Below, piece after piece: positions 10,650 to 21,046 of a DNA stretch of 64,000 bases (the stretch's first letter is position 1; the number at the start of each line of letters is the position of its first letter). Position numbers and translations under genes: made by a program. The stretch lies in the IMG/VR virus record IMGVR_UViG_3300044633_000521; one strand, written 5' to 3'. The notes beneath the pieces were generated by a model. The model saw nothing but the letters and a program-made list of their open reading frames with translations, searched no databases and was not told the DNA's origin. This DNA comes from a virus.

Positions 10650-13600
10650 ATGGCACTAATTTCCCCAGGCGTACAAGTTACAGTTACTGACGAAAGTCAA
10701 TACCAACCAACTGCAGCTGGTACTATACCTTTAATTCTTCTTGCAACAGCGCAAGACAAATTTAATCCCAGTGGCACACTAGCCACGGGCACTACAACAG
10801 TTAACTCTGATAAATTAATTACTATTACAAGTCAACGAGAACTTATTAGTACATTTGGTTACCCATCATTCCAATTAGATGCGAATGGCAACCCAATCAA
10901 TGCTAGTGAACTTAACGAATATGGTTTATTGGCCGCTTACAGCGCATTGGGCGTGGCCAATCGTGTTTATGTACAACGTGCTAATGTTGATTTAAATCAA
11001 CTAACAGGCACAAGCGTTCGTCCAACAGGAGAACCATCTGATGGAGTTTATTGGTTAGATCAATCATTAACTACACTAGGTCTATTTGAATTCGATGCGT
11101 CGACTGGCGGATTTACAAATACTACAGTTACACCTATTACTGATACAGCATACTTGTCAGGGGCAACACCAATTAGTTCATACGGTGCTATTGGCGACTA
11201 CGCTATTAATAGTACAGACGGAACAAATCCTTTATACTATAAACGATACGACAATACATGGACACTAGTTGGTTCTGCTCCATGGCAGTTGTCTCAATCA
11301 ACAATTACAGGTACTAGTATCCCTAGTGGTGGTACTGCGTTACAAATTGGTGACGCTTTGTGGATTAATAATGCTCAGGTTGCTATTTCAGGTACAACAG
11401 TAGCAGATGTAGCCGCAGATATTACAGCCGCACACATTAAAGGTGTTATTGCTACAGTTGATGCTGCTGGTTACTTAGAAATTCGTGCTAATGCGGCTGC
11501 TATTACTACAGGTAACGTTTCAGCTACACCTGATGGTAATGTTCGTATTAAATCAGATTTAACTTCCGATTGTGCTGTTAAATTGGGATTGTTTACTACT
11601 GCTGAAGTTACTGCTAATATTCACATATCAGGTAAAACTATAGCAACACCAACAATCCAATATGGCGATTATCGCGATACACCAGCATGGTTAGCTACAG
11701 ATGCTTTACCAAGACCAACTGGTAGTGTATGGTTTAAAACAACGGCAATTGGCAACGGCGCCAATTGGGCATTTAAACAATACAATTCTTCTGCTTCTGC
11801 GTTCGGTTCAGTTAGTGCTCCGCTATACGCAAATGATAACGCTGCTATATTAGGACTAGATCCAACAGGTGGCGGCACACAAATTTCAGTAGGTGCTGTG
11901 TATGTAAGATACGACACAGCAGAGAACAACACAGCTAAATTTACAGCCTATGTAAAAGACGTGGCCGGTTTACTAAAAATTACAGGTACAGCTACTAGCC
12001 CAACATTTAACGCTAGTCATGATCTTACTATTGAAGTTTCGGTTCCGGGTACAGTATCAACATCAAGTGCTACTATCAATTTAAGCGGTACTACAGCACA
12101 GAGTTTAGTGGCAGATATTTTAGCCGCTAATTTGCCTAATCTAGTAGCTAACGTAGAGTCGACTGGCGCAATTAGTTTAACACACCTAGCTGGTGGTACT
12201 ATTCGACTTACTGATGTTGGCTCAGGAACTACCGTAGCTACTGCTGGTTGGAATAATGACAGTAATGTTACACTAGTTGGCACTAAAGAATATTTGGCAA
12301 GCCCATTTATTCCACTAACCTACACATTCTCTTCATCTGCTCCATATAGCGACCCAAACAATGGTACATTATGGTATTATAATGATGCTACAGAAGTAGA
12401 TATTATGATTAATGATGGCGCAGGATGGAAAGGATATAGCACAGTAAATAACGATGCTCGTGGTTATGATCTAACTGCTACTGACTCAGCAGGTCCTATT
12501 ATTAGTACTTCTGCTCCTACAGTACAAAGTAATGGTAATCCGATTGTTGCTGGTGACTTGTGGATTGATACAAGTAACCTATTTGCTTTCCCTGTAATTT
12601 ATCGCTATGATGGCGCGGAATGGAATCTAGTTGATAACACAGATCAAATTAGTTCAAACGGAATTACATTTGCTGATGTTCGTTGGGGTGTTGATGGAAC
12701 AGAAGATCCGATCGTTGATACTTTACCACTAATTTCAGATTTACTAAATTCATCTTACATCGACAGTGATGCTCCTGATTACGCATTATCACCACGTGGC
12801 GGCCTATTGTTTAATACACGTCGTAGCGGTTTCAATGTTAAACGTTTCGAGGGTAATTACTTAACAGACCACGCAAGTGTTGGCGCTAATTTTGTAGCGG
12901 CTACTTGGGTAACTCATAGTGGTGTTAATACTACTACAGGTGTTCCGTACTTTGGCGGATTTGCTCAACGTAATACAGTAGTCGAAGCATTAAAAGCGTC
13001 AGTTGAATCAAGTACAAATGTACGTGAAGAGCGTGTCGAATTTAACTTAATTTGTGCTCCGGGTTACCCAGAACTAATTCAAAACATGATTACTTTAAAT
13101 AACGATCGTAAACAAACAGCATTTGTTATTGGTGATAGTCCAATGACGTTACAAAGTAACTCGACAGAAATCACTAATTGGGCCACTAATGCCGGCTTAG
13201 CTGCTGAAAATGGTTTATTTGGTCTTGTAAGTCGTAGCGAATACTTGGGTGTTTACTACCCAAGTGGTTTAGCTACTAACTTAGACGGCAACAGCGTAGT
13301 TGTTCCTCCAAGCCACGCAATGTTACGTGCTATTATCCGTAGCGACAATCAAAGCTATCCGTGGTTTGCTCCAGCAGGTGTGCGTCGTGGCGTATTGGAT
13401 AATATTACAGCTATTGGTTATGTAGATGTTCTTGATAACTTTACATTTAAGAGCATTGGCGTAACAGTAGGCCTGCGTGATACATTGTATGAAAACAATG
13501 TTAACCCGTTAACAGTATTACCAGGTGTTGGTTTAGTGGCATACGGTCAAAAAACACGTGCTAGTTCAACTACTGCGTTAGATCGTATTAACGTAGCCCG

Positions 13601-13901
13601 TTTAGTTTGTTATTTACGTCTAGTGCTTGATAAAACTGCTCGTCCGTATATATTTGAACCAAATGACACGATTACACGTAATCAAGTTAAATCATCATTC
13701 GAAGCAGTGTTAAATGACTTAGTTGCTAAACGTGGTATCTACGACTACGTAGTGCAATGTGATGAAACAAACAACACACCAGATCGTATCGATCGTAATG
13801 AGTTGTATGTTGATATTGCTATTGAACCAGTTAAAGCAATCGAATTCATCTATATCCCAGTTCGCATTAAAGGTACTGGCGAGATAGCTGCTGGACTATA
13901 A
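10650..13901 (+). CDS. Contractile tail sheath protein, gp18-like
   Basis: ISPGVQVTVTDES N-terminus; PWFAPAG.RRG, DRINVARL, FEPND and IEPVKAIEFI C-terminus. Confidence 0.95.
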   Translation: MALISPGVQVTVTDESQYQPTAAGTIPLILLATAQDKFNPSGTLATGTTTVNSDKLITITSQRELISTFGYPSFQLDANGNPINASELNEYGLLAAYSALGVANRVYVQRANVDLNQLTGTSVRPTGEPSDGVYWLDQSLTTLGLFEFDASTGGFTNTTVTPITDTAYLSGATPISSYGAIGDYAINSTDGTNPLYYKRYDNTWTLVGSAPWQLSQSTITGTSIPSGGTALQIGDALWINNAQVAISGTTVADVAADITAAHIKGVIATVDAAGYLEIRANAAAITTGNVSATPDGNVRIKSDLTSDCAVKLGLFTTAEVTANIHISGKTIATPTIQYGDYRDTPAWLATDALPRPTGSVWFKTTAIGNGANWAFKQYNSSASAFGSVSAPLYANDNAAILGLDPTGGGTQISVGAVYVRYDTAENNTAKFTAYVKDVAGLLKITGTATSPTFNASHDLTIEVSVPGTVSTSSATINLSGTTAQSLVADILAANLPNLVANVESTGAISLTHLAGGTIRLTDVGSGTTVATAGWNNDSNVTLVGTKEYLASPFIPLTYTFSSSAPYSDPNNGTLWYYNDATEVDIMINDGAGWKGYSTVNNDARGYDLTATDSAGPIISTSAPTVQSNGNPIVAGDLWIDTSNLFAFPVIYRYDGAEWNLVDNTDQISSNGITFADVRWGVDGTEDPIVDTLPLISDLLNSSYIDSDAPDYALSPRGGLLFNTRRSGFNVKRFEGNYLTDHASVGANFVAATWVTHSGVNTTTGVPYFGGFAQRNTVVEALKASVESSTNVREERVEFNLICAPGYPELIQNMITLNNDRKQTAFVIGDSPMTLQSNSTEITNWATNAGLAAENGLFGLVSRSEYLGVYYPSGLATNLDGNSVVVPPSHAMLRAIIRSDNQSYPWFAPAGVRRGVLDNITAIGYVDVLDNFTFKSIGVTVGLRDTLYENNVNPLTVLPGVGLVAYGQKTRASSTTALDRINVARLVCYLRLVLDKTARPYIFEPNDTITRNQVKSSFEAVLNDLVAKRGIYDYVVQCDETNNTPDRIDRNELYVDIAIEPVKAIEFIYIPVRIKGTGEIAAGL

Positions 13902-13913
13902 TCAATTAAGTAC

Positions 13914-13940
13914 GCAGATAATGGCCACGCCATTATCTGC
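13914..13940 (+). promoter_or_regulatory. Intergenic hairpin between sheath and tube genes
   Basis: GCAGATAATGGC-CAC-GCCATTATCTGC perfect 12-bp inverted repeat, no U-tract, followed by CTAAATA. Confidence 0.55.
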
Positions 13941-13973
13941 TAAAATGGCTAAATATATAAAAGGAATAACAAA

Positions 13974-14615
13974 ATGGCAACAGCGTCATTAAATAAATTT
14001 ACAGTACCGTTGAGTACAAACCAAAGCGCAAGCGCACAAGGTTTGTTGATGCCTAAACTTAAATTCCGCTTCCGCGTGACATTTGAGAGCTTTGGCGTTA
14101 GTTCACCGAGTACTGAACTAACAAAACAAGTTATGGATTTTAAACGTCCAACACTAACATTTGATCCTATCGAGATCCCAATTTACAACAGCAGAGTTTA
14201 CTATGCTGGTAAACCAACTTGGGAAACAGTTACTTGTCAACTACGCGATGATGCAGGTGGCGAAGTTACTCGTCGTGTTGGCGAGCAACTACAAAAACAA
14301 TTTGACTTTATGGAACAATCTAGCGCCGCTACTGGTGTTGACTATAAATTCTTAACACGGTTTGAAGTATTAGACGGCGGCAACGGAGCAGATACTCCAT
14401 TAACATTAGAAACGTGGGAAATGTACGGTTGTTTCTTGACTAGTGTTGATTATGCTAATGCTGAATATAGTTCAAACGACCCTATGACAATCCAACTAAC
14501 TATTCGTTATGATAACGCAATCCAGTACAAAGAAGGCAAAGTAGATGGCGTTGGCTTTGCGATAGGTCAAGAAGCTGTGAAATCAGTCAAAGGCGTAGGT
14601 TCTATTACTGGTTAA
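13974..14615 (+). CDS. Tail tube protein, gp19-like
   Basis: YAGKPTWE and TIQLTIRYD motifs; follows sheath gene. Confidence 0.9.
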   Translation: MATASLNKFTVPLSTNQSASAQGLLMPKLKFRFRVTFESFGVSSPSTELTKQVMDFKRPTLTFDPIEIPIYNSRVYYAGKPTWETVTCQLRDDAGGEVTRRVGEQLQKQFDFMEQSSAATGVDYKFLTRFEVLDGGNGADTPLTLETWEMYGCFLTSVDYANAEYSSNDPMTIQLTIRYDNAIQYKEGKVDGVGFAIGQEAVKSVKGVGSITG

Positions 14616-14640
14616 TCCAGACGAAAAATATAATAATAGT

Positions 14641-14668
14641 AAAGCCCGGTTAAAACCCGGGCTTTTTT
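14641..14668 (+). terminator. Rho-independent terminator
   Basis: AAAGCCCGG-loop-CCGGGCTTTTTT. Confidence 0.85.
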
Positions 14669-14700
14669 ATCTCGATAAATAATATAAACAGGATTAATAT

Positions 14701-15801
14701 ATGGCTGGTTTTTTAAACCAATTCTTTCAAGGGGTAAGCACCGGGACTGATCTAAAAGATTATCAGCATGCAGCCCGTACCTTTGTTGATGGTTTGTATC
14801 GTTTGGGCCCAAAATCTGGGGCAATGTTCCATGTGTTCATTGATGTTAACCCTCAAATTTACCAACAAGACAATGCCAATCCTAGTACATTGTATGAAAT
14901 AGGACTACTAGCAAAAACAGCAACCTTGCCGAAATTTACAGTACAGAATAAAGTACTAAATGCCTACAATAGAAAAAATATAATACAAGAAAGAATTACA
15001 TACGATCCAATAACATTAACGTTTCATGATGATAGTAGTGATATCGTTCGTAATTTTTGGTACGGCTATTATTCGTATTACTATAGAGACTCTGACCACT
15101 CAGAGGAATTATATCATCAAGCTCACAAATACACAACACGTCAGGCAACCTCGTGGGGATACACTCCGTTGGGTACGGATGCGCCAAATTATATAAACAG
15201 TATTAGAATTTACAGCCTACATCAAAAAAGTTTTAGTTCATATATATTGATAAATCCTACTATTACAAGTTTTCAACATGGGCAACACCAACAAGGTGAA
15301 TATAATACCCTAGAACATTCGATGTCATTGGCGTACGAAGCTGTACAGTACGAGTACGGTCCAGTAACTGATGGCACAGTTAGAGGCTTTAATATGGGTC
15401 ACTATGACAATAGTCCTAGTCCACTGACTGCTTTGGGTGGGGGTACACAAAGTATACTAGGTCCCGGCGGCCTGGTTGAAGGGGTGGGCGGCATTCTTAC
15501 TAATTTACAAAGTGGTAATTTTGCTACAGCAGCAGTAACAGCGGCTAGAATGGGTACAAATTTTAAAGGAGCAAATCTTAAAACTATTGCTACCCAAGAA
15601 TTTAATCAATTAGCAAAAGATGTTATCCGTGGGCAAAATACACAAAGTACAATATTTGTACCAACTCAAGCATCAGCGCAAAACGGTAGATCTACATCAA
15701 TTTATGGTATACCCAAGGCCGCTAGTGCCAATAAAGTACTTAATATGAATTCAGCGGATTCATTAATACCGTCGATTGGGTTAGGTAGAATAGATTTATA
15801 A
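14701..15801 (+). CDS. Tube-like baseplate/tail tube initiator, gp54/gp48-like
   Basis: LPKF...YDPITLTFHDD and L.NP.ITSF tube-fold motifs. Confidence 0.65.
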   Translation: MAGFLNQFFQGVSTGTDLKDYQHAARTFVDGLYRLGPKSGAMFHVFIDVNPQIYQQDNANPSTLYEIGLLAKTATLPKFTVQNKVLNAYNRKNIIQERITYDPITLTFHDDSSDIVRNFWYGYYSYYYRDSDHSEELYHQAHKYTTRQATSWGYTPLGTDAPNYINSIRIYSLHQKSFSSYILINPTITSFQHGQHQQGEYNTLEHSMSLAYEAVQYEYGPVTDGTVRGFNMGHYDNSPSPLTALGGGTQSILGPGGLVEGVGGILTNLQSGNFATAAVTAARMGTNFKGANLKTIATQEFNQLAKDVIRGQNTQSTIFVPTQASAQNGRSTSIYGIPKAASANKVLNMNSADSLIPSIGLGRIDL

Positions 15802-15810
15802 GGATCAAAT

Positions 15811-16440
15811 ATGGCCGCAGTTGTTGGAAATTTACCCGTTGTTACTGTAAACAACGTTACAGATGACTATTTTACTAATTTTTTCAAATCAGAAGTGAGT
15901 ATTGATCCTAATGCTAACGAAGCTGTAATCGGATTCTTTCAGGCATTTACTGGCGATAAAGAAACAGGCAAATTGCTCGCAGCATCTGTAGTCTATACAG
16001 CATCTACACGGGGTGTAGATCCTATGTCAATCATCGATGAATTGCGCCGCCTAAAAACAGGTAGAAAGACTGAAGTTAAAACCCCTGTTGATTCAGAAAT
16101 GTTTATTAGTAGTTATACTTCTTACCAAACTGCTAATGCTGATAGAACTAACTATACAGCAGGCCAGTTGTTTTATATCCCTCTATTAAATGTGTTTTAT
16201 GAATTAACTGAAAACTATAGACTAATAGCCTCTACAAAATATAAGGCAGAGTTAGTTACTGGTCCTCAAATAGAAGACCCTATATACAATTATTATGAAG
16301 TTCAATACAATTTTGAAGAAAATGAACTTAATGCTTACCTATGTATGTTTTTGAATTTAGATCGTGTTAATACTAGCCTATTAGGAATTAACAACAGCCC
16401 AAAAACTAACAAATACATTCAACGTGCCATCTTACCATAA
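15811..16440 (+). CDS. Hypothetical virion-associated protein
   Basis: ORF in structural operon. Confidence 0.6.
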   Translation: MAAVVGNLPVVTVNNVTDDYFTNFFKSEVSIDPNANEAVIGFFQAFTGDKETGKLLAASVVYTASTRGVDPMSIIDELRRLKTGRKTEVKTPVDSEMFISSYTSYQTANADRTNYTAGQLFYIPLLNVFYELTENYRLIASTKYKAELVTGPQIEDPIYNYYEVQYNFEENELNAYLCMFLNLDRVNTSLLGINNSPKTNKYIQRAILP

Positions 16441-16871
16441 TGAGCAAATACGCCAACGGCAAATATCAAATAAAGAACATAGAAAAGTACATAGGTAAAA
16501 GGTCACCCACGTATCGTAGTAGTTGGGAATTTACTTTTTGTAATTTCTGTGATAATAATCCTGCTGTAGTTAGCTGGGCTAGTGAAGCTATTCAGATCCC
16601 ATACTTTAATCCAGTTAGCGGTAAACAAACAATCTATGTGCCTGACTTTTTGGTAGTATACGTAGACAAAAATCAACGTAAGCATACAGAACTAGTAGAA
16701 ATCAAACCAAGTACACAAACTACAATGGAATCAGCTAAAAGCTATCGCGATAAACTAAGCGTAGCTATTAATATGGCCAAGTGGGCCGCTGCTGATGCCT
16801 GGTGTCGTGCTAACAATATACGATTTCGTGTAATCACAGAATACGATATCTTTAAAAATCTTAAACGATAA
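16440..16871 (+). CDS. Head completion nuclease, gp4-like (TnsA-type)
   Basis: YRSSWE, WASE, YVPDF, EIKP and KW.AA motifs. Confidence 0.9.
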   Translation: MSKYANGKYQIKNIEKYIGKRSPTYRSSWEFTFCNFCDNNPAVVSWASEAIQIPYFNPVSGKQTIYVPDFLVVYVDKNQRKHTELVEIKPSTQTTMESAKSYRDKLSVAINMAKWAAADAWCRANNIRFRVITEYDIFKNLKR

Positions 16872-16897
16872 TCTATAATAGTGTAAATAGTATTACT

Positions 16898-17401
16898 ATG
16901 ACACAAAAACTATCCGAACTTTTTAACCTTCCTACTGAGGAAGAAACTACAGTAGAAGAAGCAGAAACAACCATTGAAGAAAATCGTGAGATGATCGAAG
17001 CTGTGGATACTGCTATTGATAAAATTGATGCTGCTTTACCGTTTGTTCATGATTTGGACGTCGGTGATAAAGAGCTTGATGAACTAAGCGACTTAGCTAA
17101 AGAAAAGTTCCAAGACTTAATTGACTTGGGTATGAATGTAGAGGCACGCTTTAGTGGGCACATATTAGCCACTGCTGGCACATTACTAGGCCATGCTATT
17201 ACAGCTAAACAAGCTAAACTAGATCGCAAGATGCGTACTATTGATCTACAACTTAAAAAAATGCGTTTAGATCAGCAGGCCGCCAAGGATGCTAACAAAA
17301 ATGACGGTGATAAGTTGCTAGATGCAGAAGATGGGCAAGGCGTAGTCATTGACCGAAATGAACTACTGAAGCAAATATTATTAAACAACACTAAGAAGTA
17401 A
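16898..17401 (+). CDS. Possible terminase small subunit
   Basis: Helical 167 aa protein ending DRNELLK, upstream of the large subunit; inference. Confidence 0.45.
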   Translation: MTQKLSELFNLPTEEETTVEEAETTIEENREMIEAVDTAIDKIDAALPFVHDLDVGDKELDELSDLAKEKFQDLIDLGMNVEARFSGHILATAGTLLGHAITAKQAKLDRKMRTIDLQLKKMRLDQQAAKDANKNDGDKLLDAEDGQGVVIDRNELLKQILLNNTKK

Positions 17402-17445
17402 AGTTGTCAAATTAGCATAAATAACACTATACAGGACCTATAGGT

Positions 17446-18042
17446 ATGAAAAACTTTTTAGAACATTTAACTCAATCACAAAAAACATACGAATTTCGTA
17501 TTAAACTAGCCAATATCGATCCAGCAGAAACAGTAGATCGTTTAAAAACTGCGTTAGATTCGTATGGTTTAGAAAGTCTTAGTGAAGCTAAACGCTTACC
17601 AATAATGGAAAGTGATATCGATTTCCCTAGCATGAAAAATTGTCAAATTTATCTAATGGATGCGGTGTTAACATATCCAGTAACTGATCAACAATTACGT
17701 GCTATAATTGCAGAACGTGCCGGATACCCGTCAGCTAATATAGTTGTAGTTCCTACTAACCATCCGGAAGAAGCCTGGCGCTGGAACTTAGAGGGTAATG
17801 AACTTCGTGAATTTAAAAAAGGCGAAGCAGTATTAGATAAACCTCTTGAGGAAACTTCTAATGGTGCTGGTAAATCATACGCAGAAGCAGGTACCTTGTT
17901 AAAAGAACTAAGCAAAGTAACATTTGATATAGCCGGCAACGATGAAACTAAGTCACAAACCTTAAATGATATTCCAACAGGCAACACAAGCCCAGTTGGC
18001 AGCACAAAAAATAAAATCCCATCAGCGGTAAAAGGACAATAA
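17446..18042 (+). CDS. Hypothetical, putative internal head protein
   Basis: N-terminus MKNFLEHLTQ resembles the T4 capsid-targeting sequence. Confidence 0.5.
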   Translation: MKNFLEHLTQSQKTYEFRIKLANIDPAETVDRLKTALDSYGLESLSEAKRLPIMESDIDFPSMKNCQIYLMDAVLTYPVTDQQLRAIIAERAGYPSANIVVVPTNHPEEAWRWNLEGNELREFKKGEAVLDKPLEETSNGAGKSYAEAGTLLKELSKVTFDIAGNDETKSQTLNDIPTGNTSPVGSTKNKIPSAVKGQ

Positions 18043-18043
18043 A

Positions 18044-20128
18044 ATGAGCAACAGTAACAACATCTATAACATCTTAGGCAAATTAAAAGGTATCACTGAT
18101 ACTGCGGCCTTAACACCAGAAACACCGGTAGAAAAAATCTATGAGAGTGTAGAAGCCAAAGGCGATATTATGGAGGCTGTTCGAAGCCTGGAATCTAAAT
18201 TTCAAACTTTTAAAGAATCTGCTAAACCAGACTTCTTAGATATGGACAAAGACGGCGACAAGAAAGAGCCAATGAAGAAAGCCGCTAAGGAAAAAAAAGC
18301 TAAACCGTTTAGTAGCGACGACTACGATGAATACGGTGTACGTCACTCCTCATCTTTTAATCAACCACCTAAGAAAGCAGTTAAAGATAAAAACAATGCC
18401 AAAGGTGCGTTTAAAGATATGTTTGGCGGTGACGCAAAAGATCTAACCAGCAAACTAAAAATTAAAGAAGGTCAAGGTCCATATACACTTGATGATCCTA
18501 AGCACCCTAAGTTCAAAGCAAACTACGAAAAATTTAAAAAATCCAACCCTGACTGTAAACTGGCAGACTTTGTTGCGGCTATGAAGAAGAAAGAAAAAAA
18601 TCTTAGCGAAGCGGCCTACGATGAACCAGAAGCGCCAAATGCTGATGCCATTGCTAAACGTAAACGTCTACAAGCACTAAAAGACCGTCAAGAAGACGAA
18701 CGTGCTGAGCGTGGTGGTAGCAATACAAACACCCCAATCCGTAAAGTTGCTGGTAAAGCCTACGGTGGCGCTGCACAAAAAGATGATGTTAGTGATTTAG
18801 ATGAAGTGGCACCTCCGGGCAAGAAAGCCGAACGTATGGTTAAACACATTAAGAAAGGTTATGCTAAAGACGGTAATCTATCTAAGAAAGAAAAAGGCAT
18901 TGCTTATGCTACCGCGTGGAAAGCTAAAAAAGCCGGACATGTAGAAGAAGGCTGTAAATTTGGTGACACCATTGAAAACTCTGCTCCTAAGATGAAAAAA
19001 TCTAAACTAGCTAAACTTAAAGAAGCACGTGTTATGGAAGAAACCGATTACTTCTACGAACAAATTGCTAAAGCATTGGCTGGTGTAAATCCACATTTAG
19101 ACACAGCAGGTCCTGAGTTTGTTGATGCCGTACGTAAAGAAATGGTAGCACAAGGTATTGCTCCTAATAAAGCTAGAAACATTCTATTAATGGACGAAGA
19201 TTTCTTAGGTGACGTAGCAACATCATACGGTCACTATTGTAAAGATGTAGCAGAGTGTGGTGCTCCAATGAATAGTCATTTAGGCGGTGTAGAAGAGTTA
19301 GATGAGATTGCTAAACTAGCGGGCTTAACTGCTCCCACAGTAGAGCAATCTACAGGATTAGAACAATCAGATGACGTGATGGATGAAGGTAATGCGTTTA
19401 CTGGTAAACTAGCTGCCACACCACAGGGCGAAAAGTTTGAGCTAGGCACCAAGGAGTTTACTGACACTAGTACCATTGAAGAGGCCGCAAGCCGTAAAGA
19501 CTTCCGTATGGTAGCAGATTTAATTAAAAATATTCCAGATGAGGCTAAACGTAAAGAGTTAGCACAACATCACGCTGATATATTTAAACAACAAAACCCA
19601 CGCTTCAGCCATGATAAATTCTATGCTGCCGCAGATGTTGTTAATGAAGCTGATATGGCAGAAGGCAACGAATTTTCAGGCGCATTAGCGGCTGCTAAAG
19701 CCAGCGGTGCTAAAGAGTTTGAAGTTGACGGTAAACGTTACACAGTTAAAGAAGATATCAACGTTAGCATTACTGCTAATGGTCAAGAAGATGCGCTTAA
19801 CTTATTCCGTAAGTTAGCAGGCATGGAAGAAGTAGAAGCTCCAACAGCACTTGCGGTTGAATTGCCGCATGACGCAGAAACAGCGATCGCACAAGGCATT
19901 GTTGAACCTGTTGAAGTAGAAGTTGATGAAGAACGTGATATTGAATATACTAATACACCAAACGAAAAAATTGGCCCAGTAAGTGCTGCTATTCCTAGCG
20001 GTGATGATTTACATCGTAGCAAGGAACAATTCCGCAAAGAATACCCAGGTGACAATCCGATGGCTGTTAGAGAAGACAGCAACTTATGGAAAAAATACAC
20101 AGGCATGTTAAAAGGATTATTAAAATGA
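18044..20128 (+). CDS. Putative prohead core/internal head protein
   Basis: Charged, low complexity; many (ILVM)xE-(A/G/D/S) sites. Confidence 0.55.
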   Translation: MSNSNNIYNILGKLKGITDTAALTPETPVEKIYESVEAKGDIMEAVRSLESKFQTFKESAKPDFLDMDKDGDKKEPMKKAAKEKKAKPFSSDDYDEYGVRHSSSFNQPPKKAVKDKNNAKGAFKDMFGGDAKDLTSKLKIKEGQGPYTLDDPKHPKFKANYEKFKKSNPDCKLADFVAAMKKKEKNLSEAAYDEPEAPNADAIAKRKRLQALKDRQEDERAERGGSNTNTPIRKVAGKAYGGAAQKDDVSDLDEVAPPGKKAERMVKHIKKGYAKDGNLSKKEKGIAYATAWKAKKAGHVEEGCKFGDTIENSAPKMKKSKLAKLKEARVMEETDYFYEQIAKALAGVNPHLDTAGPEFVDAVRKEMVAQGIAPNKARNILLMDEDFLGDVATSYGHYCKDVAECGAPMNSHLGGVEELDEIAKLAGLTAPTVEQSTGLEQSDDVMDEGNAFTGKLAATPQGEKFELGTKEFTDTSTIEEAASRKDFRMVADLIKNIPDEAKRKELAQHHADIFKQQNPRFSHDKFYAAADVVNEADMAEGNEFSGALAAAKASGAKEFEVDGKRYTVKEDINVSITANGQEDALNLFRKLAGMEEVEAPTALAVELPHDAETAIAQGIVEPVEVEVDEERDIEYTNTPNEKIGPVSAAIPSGDDLHRSKEQFRKEYPGDNPMAVREDSNLWKKYTGMLKGLLK

Positions 20129-20430
20129 GTTCAGACTTATTAAAAAAATATGCGATGATTGTTGAAAACGGTAGTTCATTAGAACAGCCAGTCCAAGAAG
20201 CACTTTGGGATGATGAAGGCACTAGCCACGCGGCTGATCTAATAGATCAACTCGAGGAAGCATTATCGGAAGCGGTTAGAATTGCGAATCAACTTGAATC
20301 TACTAAAGAAGTAGGTAATGTTGTTGGTGCATACACTCGCCCGTGGCTTGAAGCATTTTTGCGTAGTAATAGTCAAACAGGTTCTGTAACTGATCTACGT
20401 GGTAGACTAGAAGAAGAAGACGAATATTAA
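20125..20430 (+). CDS. Hypothetical protein
   Basis: ORF coupled to neighbours; ATG 20125. Confidence 0.65.
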   Translation: MSSDLLKKYAMIVENGSSLEQPVQEALWDDEGTSHAADLIDQLEEALSEAVRIANQLESTKEVGNVVGAYTRPWLEAFLRSNSQTGSVTDLRGRLEEEDEY

Positions 20431-20783
20431 TGAAAATTAATGAAATAGTTACTGAAGGTGATATTAGGAAGGGTTCTAAAAATGCTCTTCCTAATCTTCA
20501 GTCTTTTCCTCATTTAGATAATAACGCTAATCCGTACCTAGCATACCGCTTTGGTATTGAGCTAGCAGGCGCTCCTGATGTAGATGCTGATCAACGTGCC
20601 GGCACAGGCAGTGACTTTGTAACAATAGGCTACAGTGCTGCCGATCAAGAAATAATTGATCATGCTAGTAAGAAGTTTGGCCTTAAACGCAAAACACATG
20701 GCGGCAAAGGTAGTGTTGAATCTAACAAAGCAAACAAAGTTAGTCCTGTAGCTAAACCTAAGAAAAACAAATACGGCGTATAA
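20430..20783 (+). CDS. Hypothetical, putative internal head protein
   Basis: MKINEIVTE-G N-terminus. Confidence 0.6.
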   Translation: MKINEIVTEGDIRKGSKNALPNLQSFPHLDNNANPYLAYRFGIELAGAPDVDADQRAGTGSDFVTIGYSAADQEIIDHASKKFGLKRKTHGGKGSVESNKANKVSPVAKPKKNKYGV

Positions 20784-21010
20784 TGGACGAATTAGAACAA
20801 CTTAGAGTGATGGCTGGCATCGGTAATAAAGCTGATCTTCAAGAATATAGTGGCTATGGTAGTGTAGCAAAAACAGAAGGCAGTAATCCTAGCATTACAG
20901 CTAACGAAAAAATTCAATACCAAAACAACAATAACATCCAACCAGGCACACCAGAGTGGTTTAAACTTTGGTTTAGTATGCCTCATCTAACAGGCGAAAA
21001 GCCCTGGTAA
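20783..21010 (+). CDS. Hypothetical protein
   Basis: ELEQLRVMAGI and PGTPEWFKLWF motifs; translationally coupled. Confidence 0.65.
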   Translation: MDELEQLRVMAGIGNKADLQEYSGYGSVAKTEGSNPSITANEKIQYQNNNNIQPGTPEWFKLWFSMPHLTGEKPW

Positions 21011-21046
21011 TTTAACTCTCTAAACCAAGCCAGGATAAGTAACTAT

